Shown here: piece after piece, positions 10,127 through 18,957 of the stretch | Position numbering within the stretch: position 1 is the stretch's first letter | Layout of the letters: every line of letters starts with the position of its first letter | Assembly (NCBI GenBank): GCA_036396095.1 | Contig: DASWLM010000027.1 | Coordinates: 3,992 to 67,991, forward strand | Origin: Dehalococcoidales bacterium | Lineage (GTDB): Bacteria > Chloroflexota > Dehalococcoidia > Dehalococcoidales > Fen-1064 | Direction of reading: 5' to 3' | Length of the DNA stretch: 64,000 nt | Made by a program: the position numbers and the translations under genes | Notes under the pieces: generated by a model | The model's input: the letters and a program-made list of their open reading frames with translations, nothing else | Databases searched by the model: none | Told to the model about the DNA's origin: nothing

Positions 10127-11560
10127 ATGAAGACAGTTATCGACCCACAAAAAGAGGTTCCAGTACTTGCTGAAGTGGATGTGGTGGTAGTGGGTGGCGG
10201 TCCCGCCGGTATAGGCGCGGCTTTGTCTTCTGCCCGCAATGGCGCCAGGACCATTCTGGTGGAACAGTTTGGTTCTCTGGGAGGATTACAGACACAGTGT
10301 TTTAATTCCTGTTTTTCGTTCGTCGACCCTGAAATACAGGGCGGCATTATACGGGACATTATGGATGGGTTGAAGAAGGGTGGAGGTATGATGAAAGACG
10401 CATCCGGAGATACGCGGCAAATGCGGGGGATGGGTGGCGTATTTTTCGATGCAGAATATTATAAGTTCATGCTCGACAACATGATGCGAGAAACAGGTGT
10501 GAAACTGCTGTACCATGCCTTCGGAGTCGGTGCTATCAGAGAAGGAAATACCCTCAAAGGCATATTCATCGAGAGTATGGAGGGTAAGAGAGCGCTTCTG
10601 GCTAAAGTCATTATTGATACCACCGGTAACGCCGATATCGCCTGGAAATCCGGGGCTTCCGTAATGTCGGGTGGATTTCCGTTTGGGCCTAAGAAAGGGC
10701 GAGCTATGGGATTTGGTTACTCTTTCTTCCTGGGAGGGGTAGATGTCGACAGGCTAAAGAAGTTCAGGAAAGAGCAGCCGGAAGAGTGGGGAGGAATGCA
10801 TGCTGGAGAGAAAGCGATTGCTAAAGCCAAGGCGGAAGGCAAGCTAACGGGAATGCGTGAAGCGTTTATTCTCAGTGAGGTGTATCGCGGTCCGAGGATA
10901 TGGGTAATGGGAGCGCATCACCCTCTGCCGGCGGGTCATTTTGGCTGGATGCTTGAAGATTTAACCGAAGGTGAAATACATCTCAGGCAGGCGGCATGGG
11001 ACTCATTGAATCTATTAAAAGAAAATGTGCCGGGTTTTGAGAATGCTTATGTGGAGAAAACGCCTAATATTCCGGGTCTGAGAGATACCCACAGAGTGCT
11101 CGGGGAATATGTTCTGACAGAAGAAGACATACGTAAAGGTAGAGCCTTCGATGACTCTATCGCGATTAGCAACATGTGGCCCGATGTTTTTGGTCCGGAC
11201 TACGAACACGCTGAAATATGGTATCCGCCACCTTACGACGTTCCGTATCGCTCGCTGGTTTCGAAAAACACTGATAACCTGCTTGCCGCCGGTGCGGCAG
11301 TCTCGGCTGATTTCGTTAGCTGGGCGGCGGTGAGATATTGCTCGCCGAGTATTTGCACAGGGCAAGCCGCTGGTACGGCCGCGGCGCTGGCGGTTAAGAA
11401 CAAGGTTAGTCCGAAGAAACTGGATGTGAAGCAATTACAGGACACTCTCCGCAAACAAGGCGCGCGCACCACTGTGAAGAATGTGCCGAAGTCGGTTATG
11501 GAAGAATACTACAGTACAGTGGAAAGAATGAATAAAATCAGGGCGACTGTAAAAGTATAG
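10127..11560 (+). CDS. FAD-dependent oxidoreductase (FAD_oxidored family)
   Basis: DVVVVGGGPAG, IDTTGNAD, YDVPYRSLV, GQAAGTAAAL; AGGAGG SD. Confidence 0.9.
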   Translation: MKTVIDPQKEVPVLAEVDVVVVGGGPAGIGAALSSARNGARTILVEQFGSLGGLQTQCFNSCFSFVDPEIQGGIIRDIMDGLKKGGGMMKDASGDTRQMRGMGGVFFDAEYYKFMLDNMMRETGVKLLYHAFGVGAIREGNTLKGIFIESMEGKRALLAKVIIDTTGNADIAWKSGASVMSGGFPFGPKKGRAMGFGYSFFLGGVDVDRLKKFRKEQPEEWGGMHAGEKAIAKAKAEGKLTGMREAFILSEVYRGPRIWVMGAHHPLPAGHFGWMLEDLTEGEIHLRQAAWDSLNLLKENVPGFENAYVEKTPNIPGLRDTHRVLGEYVLTEEDIRKGRAFDDSIAISNMWPDVFGPDYEHAEIWYPPPYDVPYRSLVSKNTDNLLAAGAAVSADFVSWAAVRYCSPSICTGQAAGTAAALAVKNKVSPKKLDVKQLQDTLRKQGARTTVKNVPKSVMEEYYSTVERMNKIRATVKV

Positions 11561-11644
11561 CATACGGTTTGCTGTTCACCATTTGACTTATTTCCATCAG
11601 TTGCTATAATGTCACTGTGGTCGTCGGTATAGAGGGGTATCGTA

Positions 11645-11887
11645 ATGGCTTTCCCGGAAAGGGTTCTGGAACAGGCTTGGAAGAGGGCTGGCGGCAAGTG
11701 CGAGTGCCGGCGGTGGACGCATACCCACAGCGTTGTGAGATGCGGCAAGGAACTAGTTTTTACTAATAGAGCTATAGAGGGACAGGGCAGGTGGGAAGCT
11801 CACCGTATTAACCGTACAGCTGGAGATACACTATCCAACTGCGAGATACTCTGCGCGGACTGTTACAAGCGGACTCTCTACGAATAG
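11645..11887 (+). CDS. Small HNH-like zinc-binding protein
   Basis: CEC..C, WEAH, 'GDTLSNCEILCADC'; AGGGG SD. Confidence 0.7.
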   Translation: MAFPERVLEQAWKRAGGKCECRRWTHTHSVVRCGKELVFTNRAIEGQGRWEAHRINRTAGDTLSNCEILCADCYKRTLYE

Positions 11888-12029
11888 CGTTGCATTGCCA
11901 TAGTTCGTGGCTTCTTCCGTAATAGATAATTGATAAGCGCCGCCTATCTCACTTTCTCTTAATTCCATCACGTGGTATGATTAACGGAAATCGGGATTAG
12001 ATATTCGAATCTTCACCAGAGGTGAGCCT

Positions 12030-13274
12030 ATGTTAGACATAAAATTTATACGCGACAACACTGACATCGTGCGGCAGGCAATTGCCAACCGGCATGATAC
12101 CGCGCCGATCGAGGATATCCTCCGGCTCGATAGTGAACGCCGTCGGAAAATCAGCGAACTGGAAGAACTGCGGCGGAGCCGGAAACAGACCTCGAAAGAG
12201 CGACAAGCGGAAGCGGCGGAGGAAGGTAGAGCTCTGCGCAATAGAATCAAAAGTCTCGAGGAAGAAGTCAAAGTACTGGATACAAAGCTGACCGACCTTT
12301 TGCTCAGAGTGCCTAATATTCCCGCATCGGATGTCCCCATTGGCAAGGATGATACCGATAATCCCATCGTAAGCACCTGGGGTGAACCGAAGAGCTTTCC
12401 TTTCGACCCAAAGCCGCACTGGGAACTGGGAGAATCGCTCGGTATCATTGATTTCGAGCGTGGTGTCAAGCTATCCGGCACCCGGTTCTATGTACTACGC
12501 GGTATGGGCGCCCGTCTGCAGAGGGCGGTTATTGCCTTTATGCTCGACCTGCATACCTCGGAACATGGCTATACGGAAATATACCCACCTTTTATGGTCA
12601 AACGTGACTGTCTGGTCGGCGCCGGACAATTGCCCAAGTTCGCCGACAATCTTTACCATGATGCCGAGGAGGACTATTGGTGGGTACCTACCGCTGAGGT
12701 GCCCCTGACCAATCTCCACCGCGATGAAATTATTCCCTGTGGAATGCTACCCTTCTACTATGTTGCCTATACTGCCTGCTTCCGTCGCGAAAAGATGTCG
12801 GCGGGAAAAGATGTGCGCGGTATTAAGCGAGGTCACCAGTTCGATAAAGTTGAGATGTATAAATTCACCGAACCTGAAAAGTCCGACGAAGAACTGGACA
12901 GGATGGTGAAAGACGCCGAGGATGTTTGCAGAAAACTCGGACTGCCTTACCGTATTACCCAGCTCTGCACCGGTGACATCGGCTTCGGGTCAGTGAAGTC
13001 TTTCGATATCAATGTCTGGGCGCCGGGATGTCAGGAGTGGCTGGAGGTCAGTTCTTGTTCCAATTGTGGGGACTTTCAGGCGCGCCGCGCCAATATCCGC
13101 TACCGCCCCGCCCCTGACGCAAAACCACAATATGTGCACACGCTCAACGGGTCAGGGTTAGCGCTACCGCGTATTATGATTGCCATTCTGGAAAATTACC
13201 AGCAGGCAGACGGCTCGGTGGCTGTTCCGGAGGTGTTACAAGATTTCATGAGGGCGAAAGTGATTAGACGATAA
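12030..13274 (+). CDS. serS: Serine--tRNA ligase
   Basis: MLDIKFIR, PTAEVPL, FRRE, HQFDKVE, EVSSCSNC, HTLNGSGLA. Confidence 0.97.
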   Translation: MLDIKFIRDNTDIVRQAIANRHDTAPIEDILRLDSERRRKISELEELRRSRKQTSKERQAEAAEEGRALRNRIKSLEEEVKVLDTKLTDLLLRVPNIPASDVPIGKDDTDNPIVSTWGEPKSFPFDPKPHWELGESLGIIDFERGVKLSGTRFYVLRGMGARLQRAVIAFMLDLHTSEHGYTEIYPPFMVKRDCLVGAGQLPKFADNLYHDAEEDYWWVPTAEVPLTNLHRDEIIPCGMLPFYYVAYTACFRREKMSAGKDVRGIKRGHQFDKVEMYKFTEPEKSDEELDRMVKDAEDVCRKLGLPYRITQLCTGDIGFGSVKSFDINVWAPGCQEWLEVSSCSNCGDFQARRANIRYRPAPDAKPQYVHTLNGSGLALPRIMIAILENYQQADGSVAVPEVLQDFMRAKVIRR

Positions 13275-13471
13275 TCCTTAAATCCGAGACACCAGATTTA
13301 TCCAGCTATTTTTGCAGACGTGATTGTGAATCTGAATGAATTCGCCACCAAAACCGTGTTGCACTCGTCCTCTACTTACCTTACACTAAAAGAAGTCTGC
13401 CGCTTTATACATAAGGGGCAGGGAAAAGGTGAGCTTGTTATTTGTAACTTGATAATTGATATTTTATCCCC

Positions 13472-13556
13472 GGAGGGGTGACCGAGTGGACTATGGTAAC
13501 GGTCTTGAAAACCGTCGTTGCGCAAGCAACCGTGGGTTCGAATCCCACCCCCTCCG
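13472..13556 (+). tRNA. tRNA-Ser(UGA), CCA not encoded
   Basis: Acceptor GGAGGGG/CCCCTCC+G, anticodon arm ACGGT-CTTGAAA-ACCGT, long variable arm GTTGC-GCAA-GCAAC, T-arm GTGGG-TTCGAAT-CCCAC. Confidence 0.97.
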
Positions 13557-13912
13557 TTTACCCTGAGCGACCTGTCCTGAACGGAGTTGAAGGAAGTCGA
13601 AGGGCTCACCTTATTTGATTGAAATGGACCAGGTATCAACGACTAACCAAGAATGGTACTTTTATATAATCAGGTGTATAGACAACTCGCTATATTCCGG
13701 CATCACAATTAACCTGGAAGCTCGCCTAAGGGAACACAACAATGGAACCGGAGCAAAATACACTTCCGCTCGTAGACCAGTGGTTTTGGTGTATTATGAA
13801 AAACACCCAGATGTTTCCAAAGCGCGAAAGCGAGAAACACAGATAAAGGGGTGGTCAAAATCCAAGAAGGAACTCTTGATTGCAGGTTTTCCTCGACTTC
13901 TCTCGGAATAAA
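13557..13912. mobile_element. GIY-YIG mini-element inserted at the tRNA-Ser 3' end
   Basis: Flanked by exact 18-bp repeat CGAATCCCACCCCCTCCG (13539-13556, 13913-13930); imperfect terminal inverted repeats TTTA-CCCTGAGCGA..AGTCGAAGG and CCTCGACTTCTCTCGGAA-TAAA. Confidence 0.75.
13624..13911 (+). CDS. GIY-YIG nuclease (UPF0213/YhbQ-like)
   Basis: WYFYII..SLYSGIT..ARLREHNNGTGAKYT..RP..RETQIKGWSKSKK. Confidence 0.9.
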   Translation: MDQVSTTNQEWYFYIIRCIDNSLYSGITINLEARLREHNNGTGAKYTSARRPVVLVYYEKHPDVSKARKRETQIKGWSKSKKELLIAGFPRLLSE

Positions 13913-13933
13913 CGAATCCCACCCCCTCCGCCA
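13913..13933 (+). repeat. Displaced tRNA-Ser 3' end with CCA
   Basis: CGAATCCCACCCCCTCCG-CCA. Confidence 0.9.
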
Positions 13934-14164
13934 CTTTTTGAAGCTATAATGCCCCCGAAATAGTTAAGCTGATAACAAGAAACCGGGGGCATTCTCATAT
14001 TTGCTAACGGATTGCTAAAAGACGCATATCTAATCCACTTTATACGGTAAGGCGGTACTATTTTATATGCTCAAACAGGACTATTTGGTGATTAGCAGGA
14101 AGAGTGTGAAAAATGTACGATATTATAAGGAAATCCTGCTACTGAATAATTAGGAGAGTCCGTA

Positions 14165-14563
14165 ATGGTAGTAAAAATATTCCGAAATAGGGAGAATGGC
14201 TTTTCTCTTATCGAGCTTCTGATTGTCTGCGTTATACTGGGCGTGCTAGCGGCGGCAGTTGTGCCTAACCTTACTAAATATATTGGCACTGCTACCGTAG
14301 GGGCAGCTAATACCGAGTTGGCAACTGTAAAAAGTGGTGTGATGGGGTACATTGGGGATCATAATGGAAATCTTCCGTGTAATGTTCAGCCGACTATTGG
14401 CAACCCTCAGCCTCTGGTAATGGCATTAATTAATGAGTATCTAGGCAATGCACCAGTTCTTGGGGGTTATCTAGTTGATGTCAATGGTAGTACAGTTGGA
14501 GACCCTGCTAATGTTTATCCTGGTTTGACGTGGGATGCAGCGAACGGAAAGTGGAAAAAATAA
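14165..14563 (+). CDS. Type IV pilin / pseudopilin
   Basis: Prepilin cleavage motif ENG|FSLIELLIV followed by a hydrophobic helix. Confidence 0.9.
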   Translation: MVVKIFRNRENGFSLIELLIVCVILGVLAAAVVPNLTKYIGTATVGAANTELATVKSGVMGYIGDHNGNLPCNVQPTIGNPQPLVMALINEYLGNAPVLGGYLVDVNGSTVGDPANVYPGLTWDAANGKWKK

Positions 14564-15012
14564 CAAAACAGTTACAAACATTTTGCAACGGAGTCAAAGA
14601 TAAGTTCCGAGAAAACATTGAGCGAGAGCGAAGTCTAGACCGCCCTCTTGAGGCTATTTCACGAGTATTATGGCCTTACCCCGAATCAAAACTAATTTTC
14701 TATGTAAGTTTACTAGCTGTTCTGGATTACCTGAGTACGTTTATTGCCCTCGAACTCAGTGGTAAGGGTCAGCTTTCTGAAGTGGGGCTGTTGGCGAACT
14801 GGGCGTTAGAGACCGGTGGGTTTCCCAGATTACTTTTTGTGGACGCGGCAGTCATATTTTCACTTATTTGTGTTGCTATTAACGCGAAATCTATATACAC
14901 GAGGTTGGGTTTAAGAGGATTCGCTCGTGCTGCCTTTGCTTTTCTACTGGTTCCATATTTTGTATTCATCATGGGGGCTGTTGTTAACAACGTCTTAGTT
15001 GCGTTTTTATAG
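14530..15012 (+). CDS. Hypothetical membrane protein (DUF5658-like); start uncertain
   Basis: 3 hydrophobic segments; 'LDYLST', 'VVNN'. Confidence 0.55.
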   Translation: MGCSERKVEKITKQLQTFCNGVKDKFRENIERERSLDRPLEAISRVLWPYPESKLIFYVSLLAVLDYLSTFIALELSGKGQLSEVGLLANWALETGGFPRLLFVDAAVIFSLICVAINAKSIYTRLGLRGFARAAFAFLLVPYFVFIMGAVVNNVLVAFL

Positions 15013-15030
15013 ATAATGGTCTTATGCAGA

Positions 15031-15085
15031 CTTGAAGACCGTCGTCGCGTAAGCGACCGTGGGTTCGAATCCCACCCCTCCGCCA
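15031..15085 (+). repeat. Duplicated 3' half of tRNA-Ser (attR-like)
   Basis: Matches 13504-13556 from the anticodon loop on, with a compensatory variable-arm change, one C deleted and CCA. Confidence 0.85.
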
Positions 15086-15158
15086 TTTTTTTGACCGTGC
15101 AAATGTTGTGATTGACAAGCTTTTCGTAGTACTGGTTGATATAGGGGATTGTCCTATC

Positions 15159-16235
15159 TTAGCGGTTGAAGAGTACGGTAACGATATCTCCGTCCTGTAC
15201 TTCGTAGTCGCGTCCCTCGATGTGTTGTTTACCTGCCTTAGCCACTGCGGCTTCACTGCCCAGTTCCAGAAGGTCGTCACAACATATCACATCCATACGG
15301 ATAAAACCCTTCTCCATATCCGTGTGTATCTTTCCCGCTGCTACGGGCGCTTTGTCCCCTTGCTGGCAGGTCCAGGCGCGCACTTCATCCTCGCCCGTGG
15401 TAAAGAAATTAACCAGTCCCAGCGTCCGGTAAGCGACATGTAGGAGTCTCTTCATCGATGATTCCTCTAATCCCAGGTCATGCAAAAACTCTTGCCGTTC
15501 CTCCAGCGCCAGTTGACTGATATCGGCTTCATCTTTGCCACAGACAGGAATAACTTCTGCGCCTTCGTTATGAGCGTATTGCTTCAATGCCACAAGGTGG
15601 GGATTATCCCCGTTATTCACGGTCTTGACATTAGCGATATAGACCACAGGTTTCAACGAGACGAGGTTGCATTCGCGCACGCTGGCAAGTTCTTGAGGAC
15701 TAAGATTCTGTTTGCGTGCGGTGATGCCCTGCTGAATTCCAGCGTAAACCTTTTCACAATGGGCAGCCTCGCGGATGGCGTCCTTATCGCCGGCACGTAC
15801 CTTCTTCGCCAGGCGGGTAATCTTCTTCTCAAGAGTGACGCTATCTGCGGTCATCAGTTCCAGGTCGACGATTTCAATATCCCGCACCGGATTGATGGTC
15901 TCATATGCAAAAGGAACACTGCTGTCTTCAAAACAACGTGCTACGTGTAACAGTGCATCCACATCTTTGATATGCCCGATTAATTTCAGACCGCGTCCGT
16001 TTCCCTCTGGTGAGACTTTCAGACCGGGGATGTCCACTACTTCCAGGGTGGTGGTCGTTACCTTGTGGGGGTGGTACATCTCCACCAGTTTGTTAATGCG
16101 CTGGTCGGGTACATTCACTACCACCTGATTCATCTCCGACCCGTTATAACTCGAAACCCCGGCGGCAGTAATGGCGTTAAAAATAACCGTCTTCCCACAC
16201 GAGGGTAACCCCACCAGTCCACAGCTTAAACCCAT
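15159..16235 (-). CDS. ychF: YchF/Ola1-family ATPase (divergent)
   Basis: GLVGLPSCGKT, DIPGL, FFTTGEDEVRAW, AGKIHTDMEKGFIR, EGRDYEVQDGD. Confidence 0.88.
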   Translation of the reverse strand: MGLSCGLVGLPSCGKTVIFNAITAAGVSSYNGSEMNQVVVNVPDQRINKLVEMYHPHKVTTTTLEVVDIPGLKVSPEGNGRGLKLIGHIKDVDALLHVARCFEDSSVPFAYETINPVRDIEIVDLELMTADSVTLEKKITRLAKKVRAGDKDAIREAAHCEKVYAGIQQGITARKQNLSPQELASVRECNLVSLKPVVYIANVKTVNNGDNPHLVALKQYAHNEGAEVIPVCGKDEADISQLALEERQEFLHDLGLEESSMKRLLHVAYRTLGLVNFFTTGEDEVRAWTCQQGDKAPVAAGKIHTDMEKGFIRMDVICCDDLLELGSEAAVAKAGKQHIEGRDYEVQDGDIVTVLFNR

Positions 16236-16452
16236 ATTTCATCCTTTTTATGAACACGCATAGTTGGCACGTGTCAGTATTTTTTAGAAAGCGCTTTTAG
16301 CCTGAGAGCAGAGTCTCCGGGGAAAAGAAGCTATATGTGAAATTTATCTTATAATCGAAATCACTACTATTAATGATAGCGGATTATGGGGCGATTTTCA
16401 AAGTAGCTGGAGAATTTGTGCTTGATTTTCAATATTCAATGGCGAAGACTAT

Positions 16453-16486
16453 AAAAATAGCGAGGGGAGTGATTCCCACTCCCCTC
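16453..16486 (-). terminator. Intrinsic terminator after 16522..17985
   Basis: GAGGGGAGTG/CACTCCCCTC stem with T-rich tail on the minus strand. Confidence 0.7.
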
Positions 16487-16521
16487 ATCCCTTTACGTAC
16501 AATCTAAGAAAAGGTAACCAG

Positions 16522-17985
16522 TTATTTTTTGACTTTAGGATGTATTAGTGATTCCGGTAACTTCCACGGCGAATATCCGGGTCCGAGCCTGTCCTTAAAA
16601 TCAGGATGGTCAACTTTGTATCCCATGCTGTATTTAGCGGCGGCTTCGAAGCGAGCCCAATCAGCCTGCTGATACAATACCATTTTCTGGGTTGCCAGAG
16701 AACCCTCAGCATGAATGGAAAGGACTCCGCCAAAGGTAGAACCTGAACTGATAACCTGGTTGATAGCCTTTATCCTTTCCTCAGCGGGATACCTGGCATC
16801 GCCCTGTAGATATTTCTCAAGATAACCTTTGGTTTCGGGATTTTCCCAGTCTTTCATGGAAGGCATGGTAGCCGCAATACCGCCGGTGATATCCTGCAGG
16901 TACTTCTGTGACTCGTGCCACTGGGAGGCAAACCAGTACTTGGCGCAATTAGTATAAACGGCGTTGGGTCGTGCCTGACCTGTGTCGGGGTCAACGCTAC
17001 CACTTAAAGCGGCCGCTTTCCCGAGGGCTTCAGTAACCGTCGCATACATGGCAAACCAGCCAAGCATGTCCTGGATACGAGTGGCATGCGTCAAACCATT
17101 GTATTTCGCCATCAGCGACGCTAATCCAGCTAAAGAATCGAGCTGTGAAGTTTTGTAGGTGGCAGCAGTGAGACGATGGTAGCGTGCGAAGGAAGTGGCA
17201 ACTTCTCTTGAGAACTGCCATTCACCCGCCAGGAAGACCCTCTCCCATGGAACAAAAACTTCGTCAAAGATAATCATGGGATGCCCGCCACCAGCTGACC
17301 CGCCGGTTGCCAGGAAACTGACGCCCTTGGCATTACACGGTACGGCGCAAGCAACGGCATAGTCTTTGCCCGTCTCGTTGTGGTTACGGGAGGGGAGTAC
17401 CATCAGCTCGGTGGCGATAATGGCTTCACTGATATGCAGCTTACAACCGTTGATGACGATGCCATCCTTTTTCCGGTCGACTATCCTGACATAGAAGTCT
17501 TTGTGAGCTTGCCTGGGGTCTTCACCGTGTAACGCCCTATTGCCTTTAGGGTCGCTTACCGCGGCGCAGATACTGGGGTCGTTCTTCTTGCACCATGCCC
17601 GGTATTTAGCCATGTTGTCGGCATAATGGGTACCCATGGCCGCATCCACTTTATCAGCGCCAAAGGCAACCCCATTCAGGCCGTCAATGCCGGTCAGCCG
17701 GGAGCCACCCGCGCCCAACTTGTTTAACGTGAGAAGAATTTGTCTCCGCCTTTGCAGGTCTTCAGGGGTTTCGGGCACTTTGAAGGAGAAGGAGACCTCT
17801 TCTCCGTCCTCCATCATCGTGAACAGTGGGCGGTGCTCGGGGATAGTAGCCACGTAAAATTCTGAAGCCGCCCGCTCTACGGAACGTGGCCATTTTGCTA
17901 CCACATCCGTGATTCTCTGTCCGTCCTGGTAGACGACTCTACCATCTCGCAGGCTTTCTACATATTGTTCCGGTGTTCGAATCAT
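16522..17985 (-). CDS. 4-hydroxyphenylacetate 3-hydroxylase / 4-hydroxybutyryl-CoA dehydratase family flavoprotein
   Basis: MIRTPEQYVESLRDGR, SDPKGNR, GIVINGCKLHIS, FDEVFVPWERVFL, HAEGS. Confidence 0.88.
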   Translation of the reverse strand: MIRTPEQYVESLRDGRVVYQDGQRITDVVAKWPRSVERAASEFYVATIPEHRPLFTMMEDGEEVSFSFKVPETPEDLQRRRQILLTLNKLGAGGSRLTGIDGLNGVAFGADKVDAAMGTHYADNMAKYRAWCKKNDPSICAAVSDPKGNRALHGEDPRQAHKDFYVRIVDRKKDGIVINGCKLHISEAIIATELMVLPSRNHNETGKDYAVACAVPCNAKGVSFLATGGSAGGGHPMIIFDEVFVPWERVFLAGEWQFSREVATSFARYHRLTAATYKTSQLDSLAGLASLMAKYNGLTHATRIQDMLGWFAMYATVTEALGKAAALSGSVDPDTGQARPNAVYTNCAKYWFASQWHESQKYLQDITGGIAATMPSMKDWENPETKGYLEKYLQGDARYPAEERIKAINQVISSGSTFGGVLSIHAEGSLATQKMVLYQQADWARFEAAAKYSMGYKVDHPDFKDRLGPGYSPWKLPESLIHPKVKK

Positions 17986-18278
17986 GATTCCTCCTTATCT
18001 TAATATTCTTAATCCGGATTTGCGGTAATTCTCTATTTATTGATTTTTCCTACATCACTGCACAATCATTATTGTCCGATACGACTAACCGTTTGAGATG
18101 AAACATCTGCCATAATAATATCACTGAGAAGAATTTGTCTCCCCTCTAGAAGGGAAATTTAAGTCATAATTACTTTAGATTAGCTAGAGATTCAAGTATT
18201 CTCCGTCAGACGTGGAAGGACTGTGCCAGGACCATCCACATTTATTTGTTAGACAGAATTAAAATACAAACAATAAAT

Positions 18279-18926
18279 TTATCGGCTTTTCCCCTCCAAA
18301 CTATATTTTGTTCTATCAACTAATATCTGTTTTAAGATTATATTCGTCTGCTGCCCTGCAAATTCTTCGGGTGTAAACATGTCTTTTAAGAACCACTGCC
18401 TTGTTGCATACAAGCCTCTTAACATGTAGGTATTGAAAGCTACCAGGGTAACATTATCAACCTCAAATTCCCCAGCTTCTATCCCATCGTTCAGCAAATC
18501 TTCAAAAAAATGGATAAGGTTGCGGACAGTATCCGATACCGAGTCCTGCATATCAGGCTCCATGTGCACCTTCTCACGGTCAAGAAAGGATGTCTGTTCC
18601 AGTGCACCTGGCGGTACTGTAAGCCAACACTTTACACAAGCACGGAAGGCTTCGGTCGGGCTGACATCACCGAGATTCTTCCTTAGAGCCTTAACCGATT
18701 CGTGGGCATACATGGAATTCTCGGTGACCATACGGATTATTTCATCTTTTGATTTTACGAAGTGGTATAATCCACCTGTTGTGATACCCACTGCATTTGC
18801 GATCTCGCGCATTGATGTGTCTACCACGCCCTTTTCTATGAAAAGGTGAATTGCCGTATCAAAAATCTGTTTTCTCCGCTCAAATGTGGTTTTTTCCTTT
18901 TTATTATTGGGAACTGGCTCAGTCAT
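18279..18926 (-). CDS. TetR/AcrR transcriptional regulator
   Basis: HTH 'SMREIANAVGITTGGLYHFVKSKDEI'. Confidence 0.92.
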   Translation of the reverse strand: MTEPVPNNKKEKTTFERRKQIFDTAIHLFIEKGVVDTSMREIANAVGITTGGLYHFVKSKDEIIRMVTENSMYAHESVKALRKNLGDVSPTEAFRACVKCWLTVPPGALEQTSFLDREKVHMEPDMQDSVSDTVRNLIHFFEDLLNDGIEAGEFEVDNVTLVAFNTYMLRGLYATRQWFLKDMFTPEEFAGQQTNIILKQILVDRTKYSLEGKSR

Positions 18927-18957
18927 GTTCTTCCATTTCTGTTAAATATACGACGAA

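Noticed and set aside
13472..13556. tRNA-Sec (long variable arm, near a putative selenoprotein)
   Set aside because: Anticodon is UGA (Ser), not UCA, and the acceptor stem is 7 bp.
13376..13639. ORFs 13376..13639 and 14769..15086 with 'GGIRTH/WDSNPR' peptides
   Set aside because: Antisense translations of tRNA sequence.
15031..15085. Second complete tRNA gene
   Set aside because: No D-arm or acceptor 5' strand upstream; 3' half only.
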